Positions 15,082 to 23,494 of a stretch of 64,000 bases of DNA are shown piece after piece; within the stretch, counting starts at the first letter, position 1; each line of letters begins with the position of its first letter. This stretch comes from an uncultured Acidimicrobiales bacterium (GTDB lineage: Bacteria; Actinomycetota; Acidimicrobiia; Acidimicrobiales; CALAML01), in NCBI GenBank assembly GCA_937925845.1, contig CALAML010000077.1:6946-70945 (forward strand). Direction: 5' to 3'. The notes beneath the pieces are model-generated. The model saw only the letters and a list, made by a program, of their open reading frames with translations, did no database searches and was not told where the DNA came from. Both the position numbers and the translations under genes were made by a program.

Positions 15082-15134
15082 CCGAAATGTCGGTTCTAGG
15101 CGCGAAGGTTTCGCACCCTGAACCGACATTTCGG
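15082..15134. repeat. 53-nt palindromic element: perfect 15-bp inverted repeat CCGAAATGTCGGTTC / GAACCGACATTTCGG around a 23-nt spacer
   Basis: Read directly from the sequence. The spacer contains a small hairpin of its own (GCGAA GGT TTCGC). The element lies between the rpmG terminator and the ECF sigma gene. A diverged copy is at 19325-19377. Confidence 0.75.
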
Positions 15135-15143
15135 CGCCTCAGG

Positions 15144-15184
15144 CGGAAAACGAGGCAGGACCGGTGCCGTGGCACCGGTCCTGC
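15144..15184 (-). terminator. Rho-independent terminator downstream of rpmG
   Basis: 14-bp GC-rich stem GCAGGACCGGTGCC/GGCACCGGTCCTGC (15155-15184). On the minus strand it is followed by CTCGTTTTCC. Confidence 0.7.
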
Positions 15185-15215
15185 TTCAACTTCGTTTAGG
15201 GCGAGACTTGCAGAG

Positions 15216-15377
15216 CTAGCGGGTTTCCTTGTGCACAGTATGGCTGCGCTCCCACTTGCAGTACTTCTTGAGTTCGATGCGCTCGCGGTTGTTCACCTTG
15301 GACTTCTTGGTGATGTAGTTGCGCCGCTTGCAACTCGTGCATTCGAGGGTGACGTCCACCCGCTTGTCTGAAGCCAT
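15216..15377 (-). CDS. rpmG: 50S ribosomal protein L33
   Basis: Own translation (53 aa, below the ORF-track cutoff): [54 protein letters not shown]33 signature with CxxC...C. Confidence 0.9.
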   Translation of the reverse strand: MASDKRVDVTLECTSCKRRNYITKKSKVNNRERIELKKYCKWERSHTVHKETR

Positions 15378-15429
15378 CTGCTCCTACTTTCTTTAGTCGT
15401 TGGGACCTGGGTCCTCGTAGAGAGGGGTC

Positions 15430-16617
15430 CTACTCGACGATCTTGGTCACACGGCCGGCGCCGACGGTACGACCACCTTCACGGATGGCGAACCGGAGGC
15501 CCTCATCCATAGCGATCGGGGCGATCAGCTCAACGCTCATCTCGGTGTTGTCACCCGGCATGCACATTTCGGTGCCGTCCGGCAGGTTGATCATGCCGGT
15601 GACATCGGTGGTGCGGAAGTAGAACTGCGGGCGGTAGTTCGAGAAGAACGGCTTGTGACGGCCACCTTCGTCCTTGCTCAGCACGTATACCTGAGCTTCG
15701 AACTTGGTGTGCGGGGTGATCGACCCGGGGGCGGCGAGCACCTGGCCACGCTGCACGTCTTCTTTGTCGATACCACGAAGGAGGGCACCAACGTTGTCGC
15801 CGGCCTCGCCGCGGTCGAGCAGCTTGCGGAACATTTCCACACCGGTGCAGACCGTGTCCTGGGTGTCACGGATTCCAACGATTTCGATGTTGTCGCTGGT
15901 GTTCAGGATGCCCTGCTCGATACGACCGGTTACCACGGTTCCACGACCGGTGATCGAGAACACGTCCTCGATCGGCATCAGGAACGGCTTCGAGGTGTCG
16001 CGCTCGGGCTGGGGGATGTAGTTGTCGACCTGCTCCATCAGCTCCATGATCTGGGCTGCGGCGTCGGAGTCGCCTTCGAGGGCCTTCAGGGCCGACACCT
16101 TCACGATCGGGGTGTCGTCGCCGGGGAACTCGTACTCGTCGAGAAGTTCGCGAACTTCCATTTCCACGAGGTCGATCAGCTCGTCATCGTCGACCATGTC
16201 GACCTTGTTGAGCGCCACCACGATGGAGGGCACGCCAACCTGACGAGCGAGCAGTACGTGCTCACGGGTCTGGGGCATGGGGCCATCGGCGGCCGACACC
16301 ACAAGAATGGCACCGTCGACCTGGGCCGCACCGGTGATCATGTTCTTGATGTAATCCGCGTGTCCGGGCATGTCCACGTGGGCGTAGTGCCGGTTCTCGG
16401 TTTCGTACTCAACGTGGCTCACGTTGATGGTGATGCCGCGCTCGCGCTCCTCGGGAGCGTTGTCGATGTTGGCGAACTCGGTGTGAACCGTGCCGCCACC
16501 AGCGTCGGCCAACACCTTGGTGATGGCTGCGGTAAGTGTGGTTTTGCCGTGGTCGATATGGCCCATCGTTCCCACGTTGGCGTGGGGCTTGGTCCTCTGG
16601 AACGTCTCCTTGGCCAT
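15430..16617 (-). CDS. tuf: Elongation factor Tu
   Basis: 395 aa with [41 protein letters not shown]. Full-length EF-Tu. Confidence 0.98.
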   Translation of the reverse strand: MAKETFQRTKPHANVGTMGHIDHGKTTLTAAITKVLADAGGGTVHTEFANIDNAPEERERGITINVSHVEYETENRHYAHVDMPGHADYIKNMITGAAQVDGAILVVSAADGPMPQTREHVLLARQVGVPSIVVALNKVDMVDDDELIDLVEMEVRELLDEYEFPGDDTPIVKVSALKALEGDSDAAAQIMELMEQVDNYIPQPERDTSKPFLMPIEDVFSITGRGTVVTGRIEQGILNTSDNIEIVGIRDTQDTVCTGVEMFRKLLDRGEAGDNVGALLRGIDKEDVQRGQVLAAPGSITPHTKFEAQVYVLSKDEGGRHKPFFSNYRPQFYFRTTDVTGMINLPDGTEMCMPGDNTEMSVELIAPIAMDEGLRFAIREGGRTVGAGRVTKIVE

Positions 16618-16640
16618 CGGTTGACCTCTCCTGTGCTACC

Positions 16641-16675
16641 TGGTGATTGGTGATTGGTTATTGGTGAATGTTGAA
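16641..16675. repeat. Five tandem heptamers (TGGTGAT TGGTGAT TGGTTAT TGGTGAA TGTTGAA) in the tuf 5' leader
   Basis: Read directly. Lies 24-58 nt upstream of the tuf start codon and downstream of tRNA-Met. Confidence 0.7.
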
Positions 16676-16698
16676 ATGCGTTGCTGGGCTAAGTTGCT

Positions 16699-16775
16699 TG
16701 GTAGCGGCGGTCGGACTCGAACCGACGACCTCTCGATTATGAGTCGAGCACTCTCACCAACTGAGCTACGCCGCC
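16699..16775 (-). tRNA. tRNA-Met (anticodon CAT, elongator type), CCA encoded
   Basis: Minus strand: GGCGGCGTAGCTCAGTTGGTGAGAGTGCTCGACTCATAATCGAGAGGTCGTCGGTTCGAGTCCGACCGCCGCTACCA. The anticodon stem lacks the GGG/CCC run of initiator tRNA. Confidence 0.85.
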
Positions 16776-16910
16776 AGCATGGTAGTCACCCAAAAGCGCG
16801 ATGCCGCACATTTGCTCGCAGACTTCATCTGCCGGTATCGACAGATGAGGCGTAACCCGCTGAATTTACGGGCCGGGAGCGAATGTGCAACGGTGCGATT
16901 CAGATGTCCG

Positions 16911-16983
16911 AGCCCCCTAACAGAATTGAACTGTTGACCTCTTCCTTACCATGGAAGCGCTCTACCGACTGAGCTAAGGGGGC
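16911..16983 (-). tRNA. tRNA-Thr (anticodon GGT)
   Basis: Minus strand: GCCCCCTTAGCTCAGTCGGTAGAGCGCTTCCATGGTAAGGAAGAGGTCAACAGTTCAATTCTGTTAGGGGGCT. Anticodon loop ATGGTAA. Confidence 0.88.
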
Positions 16984-17148
16984 GCCGCCGGACAAGCCGA
17001 CAACAGCCTCGCCGACAGTGTGATGAAACAGTGTCGCCAAGGCAGCGTTCAGTCTGCCAGATCAACTGCCAGCACCCAACCTCTTTTCCCGGACAATAGG
17101 GCGCAACGGTGGCCCGGTTGTTGCCAGTGCTCGCCCGCTTGAGCCGAA

Positions 17149-17964
17149 TCAGTCGACGAGGTTGGGGAAGTCTTCGAGGAGACCGGCGAAGGGGTCTTGA
17201 CGACTCGGCTCTCGAAACTGGCCCGCCCCACTCGACGAAACCGCCTCGATGTCTTCGATCTTGAGGCGATAGTCGGCTGCGGTCAGGGTGAGTTCGTCAT
17301 CGTCGTCCACTCGGCCGGTCAAGTCCCGAATCGGCACATCGAGGTGGCGGCGGCCATCCCAGGATTGGAAGCGCAGCGAAACACCGTCGTGGCTCAACAG
17401 CCCTTCGGCTTCCCACTTCTCCACCCATCGGCGGCGATCCCGGCTGTTGTGTTCCCGGTCGCCGCTTCCATGGGAGTCGTCGACCAGCTCGGCGCCACCG
17501 GCGCCCGCACCAAAGGCTGCGCCCCCGCCGGGAACCGGTCCTGGGCTGACGCTCATGGCCTCGCCGGGCGACGCGGAATCCTGACCTGCCCTTTCGCGTC
17601 GGCTTAGGGCATCGCCACTCCCCCACGGGCCGTCGCCAGACTGCCCGTCGCCAGACGATCCGTCTCCGAGCGACTCGGTCATCAGGGTGGTCGGGCTGGG
17701 TCGGCCCGCCGAGTCGCGTTCGATCTCGTACTCCACCTCGGCAACGACTGCCCATCGGGTTTGGTCGCTGAGCGCGCCCAGTCGTTCTCGGCGACCCTCG
17801 CGTTCTTTATGAGAGCGTTCTTTGTCGGAGCGGTTTCGGCGGTCTCGGTCGCGATCGCCGTCGCGCTTTCCGCGCCGGTCACCACGACCCCGCTCGGCTT
17901 GGTTGGCCACGCCGCGGAACTGGTTGAGGAACCGCTTGATCAGCTTCTCGAGCGAATCCATCAT
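17149..17964 (-). CDS. Hypothetical protein, highly charged Arg/Asp/Glu-rich and Gly/Ser-rich N-terminal two-thirds
   Basis: 271 aa ORF with codon usage consistent with its neighbours. Contains RGRGDRRGKRDGDRDRDRRNRSDKERSHKEREGRRER. No recognisable family. Confidence 0.5.
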   Translation of the reverse strand: MMDSLEKLIKRFLNQFRGVANQAERGRGDRRGKRDGDRDRDRRNRSDKERSHKEREGRRERLGALSDQTRWAVVAEVEYEIERDSAGRPSPTTLMTESLGDGSSGDGQSGDGPWGSGDALSRRERAGQDSASPGEAMSVSPGPVPGGGAAFGAGAGGAELVDDSHGSGDREHNSRDRRRWVEKWEAEGLLSHDGVSLRFQSWDGRRHLDVPIRDLTGRVDDDDELTLTAADYRLKIEDIEAVSSSGAGQFREPSRQDPFAGLLEDFPNLVD

Positions 17965-18042
17965 GGGGGCAATTTCCGATCAGGTTCTCAAACCGAGCGA
18001 TCCGGTTTACGGATGCCAGGCGGGATGAAGGTTGGGGCGGGC

Positions 18043-18531
18043 CTAGTCGCGGAAGTTGTTGAACTGCAGCGGCAGGTCGAAGTCGCCTTCTTTGAGGGCA
18101 GCGATGACTTCCTGGAGGCTGTCGCGCTTCTTGCCGGTGACCCGAAGTTGTTCACCCTGGGTTTGGGACTGGATGCCTTTGATGCCGAGGCCCTTGATGA
18201 ACTTGTTGAGTTCTTTGGCTTTGTCGGAGGCGATGCCGGCCTGGAGGTTGGCCTTCTGGCGGGCCCGACCCTTGGTGGCGTCTTCAACTTCGCCGTAGTC
18301 GACCGATTTCAGCGACACTTTCCGCTTCACCAGCTTCTCTTCGAGCACCACCCGCAGCGCGGCGAGGCGGTCATCGGAGGCCGACTCCATGGCGATCACA
18401 TCGTCGGCGAACTCGATGGTGGAGTCGGTGCCTTTGAAGTCGAATCGGTTCGCCACCTCACGGGCGGCCTGATCGACGGCGTTTCGTACTTCCTGGACAT
18501 CTACTTCGGAGACCACGTCAAAGCTTGGCAT
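18043..18531 (-). CDS. yajQ: YajQ-family nucleotide-binding protein (UPF0234)
   Basis: 163 aa from MPSFDVVSEVDVQEVRNAVDQAAREVANRFDFKGT... to ...LPLQFNNFRD, colinear with YajQ. The upstream part of the track ORF overlaps the tRNA-Tyr gene and is not coding. Confidence 0.88.
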   Translation of the reverse strand: MPSFDVVSEVDVQEVRNAVDQAAREVANRFDFKGTDSTIEFADDVIAMESASDDRLAALRVVLEEKLVKRKVSLKSVDYGEVEDATKGRARQKANLQAGIASDKAKELNKFIKGLGIKGIQSQTQGEQLRVTGKKRDSLQEVIAALKEGDFDLPLQFNNFRD

Positions 18532-18586
18532 GGGCCGATAATACCGGTGGCGAAGCGCTGCGGGTGCGGTATCGTTCGTTTCTCCA

Positions 18587-18668
18587 GGGTCGGTGCCCGA
18601 GTGGCCAAAGGGAACGGGCTGTAAACCCGTCGGCATTGCCTTCGGAGGTTCAAATCCTCCCCGGCCCA
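18587..18668 (+). tRNA. tRNA-Tyr (anticodon GTA), long variable arm
   Basis: GGGTCGGTGCCCGAGTGGCCAAAGGGAACGGGCTGTAAACCCGTCGGCATTGCCTTCGGAGGTTCAAATCCTCCCCGGCCCA. Anticodon loop CTGTAAA. Type II variable arm. Confidence 0.88.
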
Positions 18669-18717
18669 CTGGAACAACTTCTCCGGCGACACCAAGCCGG
18701 CACAAGCGCCTGAGATG

Positions 18718-18751
18718 CAGCGGTTCAAAGAGCCGCTGCACTCTGCGTTTT
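18718..18751 (+). terminator. Hairpin plus T-tract after tRNA-Tyr, probably bidirectional with the convergent GNAT gene
   Basis: GCAGCGG TTCAAAGAG CCGCTGC followed by ACTCTGCGTTTTGG. Confidence 0.55.
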
Positions 18752-18780
18752 GGCCTTCGTTGCAGTGGCCAGCTTCGTGG

Positions 18781-19287
18781 TCACAGCAGCTTTTGCACCA
18801 GTGCTACATCGAGCCAGGTGCCGAACTTTCTCCCCACCTCGCGTTCGATCCCCACGAGTTCAAAACCCAGGCTTTGGTGCAGGGCCAACGACGCCTCCTG
18901 GGCACCAACGATGCGACCGATCACACTGTGGAAGCCATGCTCCACCGCCCGTTCGAGCAGCGCCGCAAGCAGTGCCTTACCCACCCCGAGGCCCTGGTGT
19001 TCATGGTGGACGTAGATGCTGTCTTCGACTGTGGTCCGGTACGCGGGCCGGTCACGGTAGGCCGAAAGGGAGGCAAATCCGAGCACTTCGCCGGCGGCTG
19101 GGGTGTCGGGGTTGCCAACCGCCACGATCACCGCAAGGGCGCCGGAGCGCTCGACCAGCCAGTTGCGTTGTTCTTCGAGGGTTCGGGGTTCGAGATCGAG
19201 AGTGACAGTAGAGGTGGTCACCTCGTGGTTGTAGATCTGGCGGATGGCCTCGGCGTCGCTCGGCCCCGCGCTTCGGATCTCAAACAT
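18781..19287 (-). CDS. GNAT-family N-acetyltransferase (phosphinothricin acetyltransferase-like)
   Basis: MFEIRSAGPSDAEAIRQIYNHEV...VYVHHEHQGLGVGKALLAALLERA... Acetyl-CoA-binding motif Q/RxxGxG/A. Start chosen at the ATG at 19285-19287, preceded by GAAGG. The track ORF starts at 19314. Confidence 0.8.
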   Translation of the reverse strand: MFEIRSAGPSDAEAIRQIYNHEVTTSTVTLDLEPRTLEEQRNWLVERSGALAVIVAVGNPDTPAAGEVLGFASLSAYRDRPAYRTTVEDSIYVHHEHQGLGVGKALLAALLERAVEHGFHSVIGRIVGAQEASLALHQSLGFELVGIEREVGRKFGTWLDVALVQKLL

Positions 19288-19324
19288 CGCCTTCACCGTA
19301 GCGCTCGCCAGCAACCAAAAAGTT

Positions 19325-19377
19325 CCGAAATATCGGCGCTGGGCGGGGATATTTCACGCTCAGCACCGACATTTGGG
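19325..19377. repeat. Diverged second copy of the 53-nt palindromic element
   Basis: CCGAAATATCGG...CCGACATTTGGG with the same 53-nt span. By eye, roughly 70% identity to 15075-15140 including the left flank CCAAAA. Lies in the divergent GNAT/GH5 intergenic region. Confidence 0.55.
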
Positions 19378-19530
19378 AGTTTGGCACCGAATGGCTTGCC
19401 CGGCACCGAAAGGGGTGGAAGACATCGAAATCTACTCAACGAACTTGTACGGCTGGATTTGCGGGAATAGCATCTCCCCTGCCGCTGCCGCCCGCCGGAT
19501 CAAGCTTCCCCACCCCCGGATCAACAAGGA

Positions 19531-20790
19531 ATGACTATGTCAACACGCAAGCCAAAGAGGAGCCTGGCCATCGCGCTGGTGCTGATGATGGCCTTATCAG
19601 TACTCACATTGGCCCCCACCAGCCCCGCTGCTGCTCAGAACACGCAGGCCTTTACCGACGCCGCCAACCTTGGTCGGGGCGTCAATGTGGCCTACGAACG
19701 CCCCAATGGGCAGAGCTTTAGGGTTCGTCGTCCCGCAGCGTTCAACGCCATCCTCGACGACATCTCCAGGCGGGGCTTCGACCACATCCGCCTTGCGGTC
19801 GACTTCAACCGTCACTCGCGCCGGGTGCAGGGCAAATGGCAGGTCCGCCCCGCCTTCCTTCGTGGCCTCCGCGCTGCGGTCCGCCAGGCCAACAACCGCG
19901 ACCTCCTCGTGATTCTCGATATGCACGGCAAGGGCAACAACGGCTTCCACAAGACACCGGCCCGGGCCCGGCCCCGCTTTGTCGGCCTGTGGTCAAGCAT
20001 CGCCACCGCCTTCAAGGCTGAGCGCAACGTCTACTTCCAGCTGATGAACGAACCGATCGGCCCATCCCTGCCGGTCGCTCGTAACGCCGCTCAGCGGGCC
20101 CGCAACCTCAAGACCACCAACACCTACTCGGGTGCGGTCAACCGCTATTACACCCAGGCCACTCGAGCCATCCGGGCCGCCGGCGCCAACCAGCCGATCC
20201 TGATCAGCCCCATCTTCTACAACAACCTCTTCGAGATTCCCCGTCTCCGGATGCCCACGGTGCGCCAGGGCGTGCGTGACAACCGGGTGATCATCGACGT
20301 TCACTTCTACGATCCGCTGTGCTTCACCCATCAGGGTGCTGACTGGCTCGCCGGAACGCTGCCCGCCTACAAGGCGAGCTGCCAGACCACCAACGTGACC
20401 TGGCAAAGCGCCTTCGCCGACGATCCCTTTGCCACCCAGGCTCAGGAAAAGGGCAAGGAAGCCTGGATGACCGATGCGTTTAACAACGCGGTGAAGTTTG
20501 CCGCGGCGAAGAACGCCCCGGTGTACATCGGCGAGTTCGGCACCAACGACCCGTCGTACCGTGGCAACCGGTTCCGCGCTCCCCGCCGTGAGCGCTTGGC
20601 GTGGACCCAGGCCGTGGTTGACAACACGGTCAACACCAAGCAGGCCGGTCAGCCCATTTCGTTCGGCTACTGGGAGTACGAGGCCTCGTTTGGTCTCTGC
20701 AACTCCAAGCGTTGGGACACCGGATTCCTCAACGTGCTGGTGCCCCGCCCAGGTGGCCACAAGCCCGGTCCCTGCCAGGCCAACGACTGA
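19531..20790 (+). CDS. Secreted glycoside hydrolase family 5 (cellulase/endoglucanase-like)
   Basis: Signal peptide (KRSLAIALVLMMALSVLTLAPTSPAAAQ), catalytic acid/base motif FQLMNEP and nucleophile motif YIGEFG. The start may be the second ATG at 19537. Confidence 0.82.
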   Translation: MTMSTRKPKRSLAIALVLMMALSVLTLAPTSPAAAQNTQAFTDAANLGRGVNVAYERPNGQSFRVRRPAAFNAILDDISRRGFDHIRLAVDFNRHSRRVQGKWQVRPAFLRGLRAAVRQANNRDLLVILDMHGKGNNGFHKTPARARPRFVGLWSSIATAFKAERNVYFQLMNEPIGPSLPVARNAAQRARNLKTTNTYSGAVNRYYTQATRAIRAAGANQPILISPIFYNNLFEIPRLRMPTVRQGVRDNRVIIDVHFYDPLCFTHQGADWLAGTLPAYKASCQTTNVTWQSAFADDPFATQAQEKGKEAWMTDAFNNAVKFAAAKNAPVYIGEFGTNDPSYRGNRFRAPRRERLAWTQAVVDNTVNTKQAGQPISFGYWEYEASFGLCNSKRWDTGFLNVLVPRPGGHKPGPCQAND

Positions 20791-20888
20791 TCGGTCGTAG
20801 CCGCAGCAAGTAAATAGGAAAGTAGATGGATGGGCGGCCTGAGTGGCCGCTCATCTGTCGTTTTGTCGGCTTGCGGCTACCGCTCGCG

Positions 20889-21275
20889 TCAGAGGGCGAA
20901 GGCGGTGGAGTGCCGGGGCTCGTAAAGCTGGATCGGGTCGGCGCCGGGCACCTCAAGCATTGCCACTAGGCCGTAGCCGTGATCTTGAGTCGGGCCCGTA
21001 AAGGTGGCACCGCGTTCGGCCAGTTCGGCGCGGGTGGCCTCGATGTCGTCGCACACAAAGGAGATCTCGTGGTGGCGCGGTGCTTCAAACGAGTGACCTT
21101 CGTGTTCACCGGAGGTTGGGTGAACCCCCATCTCGCTAGGACCGGTGCCAAAGATGAGCCAGCCCGGAGGTGAGTTCTCATCTTCGACAAACGGGAGCTG
21201 AAGCACATCCCGAAAGAATGCTCGGGTGGCCGGAGCATCGTCAGAATAAACAAGCGTGTGCACTGCGGTAATCAT
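20889..21275 (-). CDS. VOC (glyoxalase/bleomycin resistance/dioxygenase) family protein
   Basis: 128 aa with the typical pattern MITAVHTLVYSDD...TRAFFRDVLQLPFVED...HHEISFVCDDIEATRAELAERGATF. Confidence 0.75.
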   Translation of the reverse strand: MITAVHTLVYSDDAPATRAFFRDVLQLPFVEDENSPPGWLIFGTGPSEMGVHPTSGEHEGHSFEAPRHHEISFVCDDIEATRAELAERGATFTGPTQDHGYGLVAMLEVPGADPIQLYEPRHSTAFAL

Positions 21276-21284
21276 GAGCCAAAA

Positions 21285-21845
21285 CTAGTCGTAGTAGCCG
21301 GAGTGGAGATACACGCAGGGAATGTTGGCCGCTTGGTAGGCGGCCACGTTGCGGCGGTCATCCTCGAACACGAGGTGGATCTTGTGGCCGCGTTGTTGAA
21401 GCATTCTGGCGTTGGCCACTTTGAATGGCGCTGACGCCTCCGGGTTCTTGTGGTCACGCATGATCAGCAGATCCCAACGAAAGCCGTGCTTGTCGAGCCA
21501 GGCCAACGTTTTGTCCTGCACCCAGAGCGGGCGGGCGGTGAGCAGCACCACCTGGTAGCTGGGATCGACCAGGTCGAGGATCTTGGCATTGTCGACAAGC
21601 ACGTCGTCGTGTTCGCAGGCGGCAAAGAAGCCTTTCCAGTCCTGCGGCTCCCCATCGAGGAAGTGCTGACGCTGTGAAGCGTCGGAGATCACGCCGTCAA
21701 TATCGAAAATGACGGTGTCGACAATGACGGTGTCGACGTCGGTCTCAGGATCGGTTTCGGTCTCATCGCTTCGCCAGTACCAGTGGCCTGGCGTGGTGTT
21801 GGAGCCGTTCATCGTCGCCGGCCGCGTGGTGATGGGGGTAAACAC
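21285..21845 (-). CDS. HAD-superfamily phosphatase-like protein
   Basis: DxDG motif I (VIFDIDGVISD), motif II-like LLTAR and a C-terminal acidic FEDD motif. The N-terminal 40 aa and the start site are uncertain. Confidence 0.6.
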   Translation of the reverse strand: MFTPITTRPATMNGSNTTPGHWYWRSDETETDPETDVDTVIVDTVIFDIDGVISDASQRQHFLDGEPQDWKGFFAACEHDDVLVDNAKILDLVDPSYQVVLLTARPLWVQDKTLAWLDKHGFRWDLLIMRDHKNPEASAPFKVANARMLQQRGHKIHLVFEDDRRNVAAYQAANIPCVYLHSGYYD

Positions 21846-21867
21846 ATGATGGCCAGTCTGGTCCTGA

Positions 21868-23418
21868 TTGCTCCGTTTGCGACAGGTAATCCCTGCTCCC
21901 CGTCGCAGGGATACCTGGAAACGTCAGCGGATTTGTGGTAAGGGACCTCGCTCGGGCCTGGCTACCCTAAAAGGAGTGCAATCCGCGACCCTTCCCGTAG
22001 AGGCCTCGGCCGCGCCACAAGACTCCACCGAAGACGCTCGACTGCAGGTCTTCACCGTGATGTGGGCCATCGCCATGGGGGTGCATCTGTGGGAGCAGAT
22101 CCCGCTCCGGCTGCCCCGATCTCTGGCCGATGTCGCCGCGTGGGTCCTGCTGGGGGCGATCGGCTTTGCCATTTGGGCCCGGCGCCAGCCGGAGGCGCTG
22201 GTGTTGGTTGCCGGAGTGCAGCTGGTTGAGTGGATGGTGACGGTGCCGCTGGTGCCGGACCATTGGATGCTGGTCGCCGCGGTGAACGCCATCATCGTTG
22301 TTTCCGGGTTGCGGGCCTACCGACTCGATGGGGCGATCCTGGCCCCTCGGCTGATCCGGATCGCCTCCCCCTGGATGGCTGCCGCGCTGTTGGTGGCCTA
22401 CTCGTTTGCTGCGCTGGCGAAGTACAACAACTCCTTCCTCGACGATGTCTCTGGCTGTGTGGTCTTCCTTGGTGGGATTGCCCGCCAGTTCCTCCCCTTC
22501 CTGCCGGCGGACGATGCCTGGCCGTTCCTCTTCCTTCTGGGACCGATCGTTATCGAGACGTCGGTCCCAATTCTGTTGTTGTGGAAGAAGACCCGCCGGC
22601 TCGGGATCATCGTGTCGTTGGTCTTCCACTTCTCGCTGTCAGCGACCGGCGTCATCAACGTGTTTGATTTCACCGCCACGGTTTTTGCTCTGTTCATTTT
22701 CCTCTTCACTTCCGACTCCACCCCGCAGCGCATGCTCGAGTTGGTGGCCCAATTCGGGGAGCGCTACCCAGTCTTCGGAAAGCTGGGAATCATGCTCGGA
22801 ACCCTCTTCCCGTTGCTGTTTGTTGTCACTGCCGCGCTCACCTCACTGGCTGGCGAGAAGTTCGGATTGTCCCGCTACTTCGTCTACAACGCCTATGCCT
22901 TGGTGATCATCACCACGGTCTGGGTCGCGGGCCGGGGTGCGCGTCACGACGACTGGGTTCGCCTCAAACCGGAACGGTTCAGCCCGGTCTCGGCCGCGGT
23001 GGTTGGGCTGATTGCCCTCAACGGCCTGGCGCCCTATCTAGGGCTCAAGGCAGTGAGCAGCTTCACGATGTTCAGCAACCTCAGCACCGAGGCCGGGGAA
23101 AGCAACCACCTCTTCATCCCCGACATCGCCATCTTTGATGGTCTGGATGAGATGGTGGTGGTGCTTGATTCGGATTCGACCAGCCTTGAGGAGGCTGACG
23201 GCCGTAGTCCGAACAGTGCCTACCCGCTGCTCGGCCTTCGAACGGTGGCGGCGCGGGATCCGGACATGTCCCTCACGATTCTTCGCAACGGCGAAGAGGT
23301 GTTCATCGAGCGAGCCGGTGACGATCCGATCATCGGCGAACGGCCCGGGTTCCTGGCCCAGAAGTTCGGTGTGTTCCGATTTGTCGAGAACGGACCCGAG
23401 CAGGGCTGTCGCAACTAG
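21868..23418 (+). CDS. Polytopic integral membrane protein with a soluble C-terminal domain, family unknown (possibly HTTM-like)
   Basis: At least 8 hydrophobic helices between about aa 60 and 400. The true start is probably downstream of 21868 because the first 60 aa or so are basic and non-membrane. Confidence 0.55.
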   Translation: MLRLRQVIPAPRRRDTWKRQRICGKGPRSGLATLKGVQSATLPVEASAAPQDSTEDARLQVFTVMWAIAMGVHLWEQIPLRLPRSLADVAAWVLLGAIGFAIWARRQPEALVLVAGVQLVEWMVTVPLVPDHWMLVAAVNAIIVVSGLRAYRLDGAILAPRLIRIASPWMAAALLVAYSFAALAKYNNSFLDDVSGCVVFLGGIARQFLPFLPADDAWPFLFLLGPIVIETSVPILLLWKKTRRLGIIVSLVFHFSLSATGVINVFDFTATVFALFIFLFTSDSTPQRMLELVAQFGERYPVFGKLGIMLGTLFPLLFVVTAALTSLAGEKFGLSRYFVYNAYALVIITTVWVAGRGARHDDWVRLKPERFSPVSAAVVGLIALNGLAPYLGLKAVSSFTMFSNLSTEAGESNHLFIPDIAIFDGLDEMVVVLDSDSTSLEEADGRSPNSAYPLLGLRTVAARDPDMSLTILRNGEEVFIERAGDDPIIGERPGFLAQKFGVFRFVENGPEQGCRN

Positions 23419-23494
23419 CAGGTCACCTGCCTATTTGGGACGGCCTCGCCACCTCCGACTTCCTGACCCGTTCGAGAGCCGATAGACACAGAGC

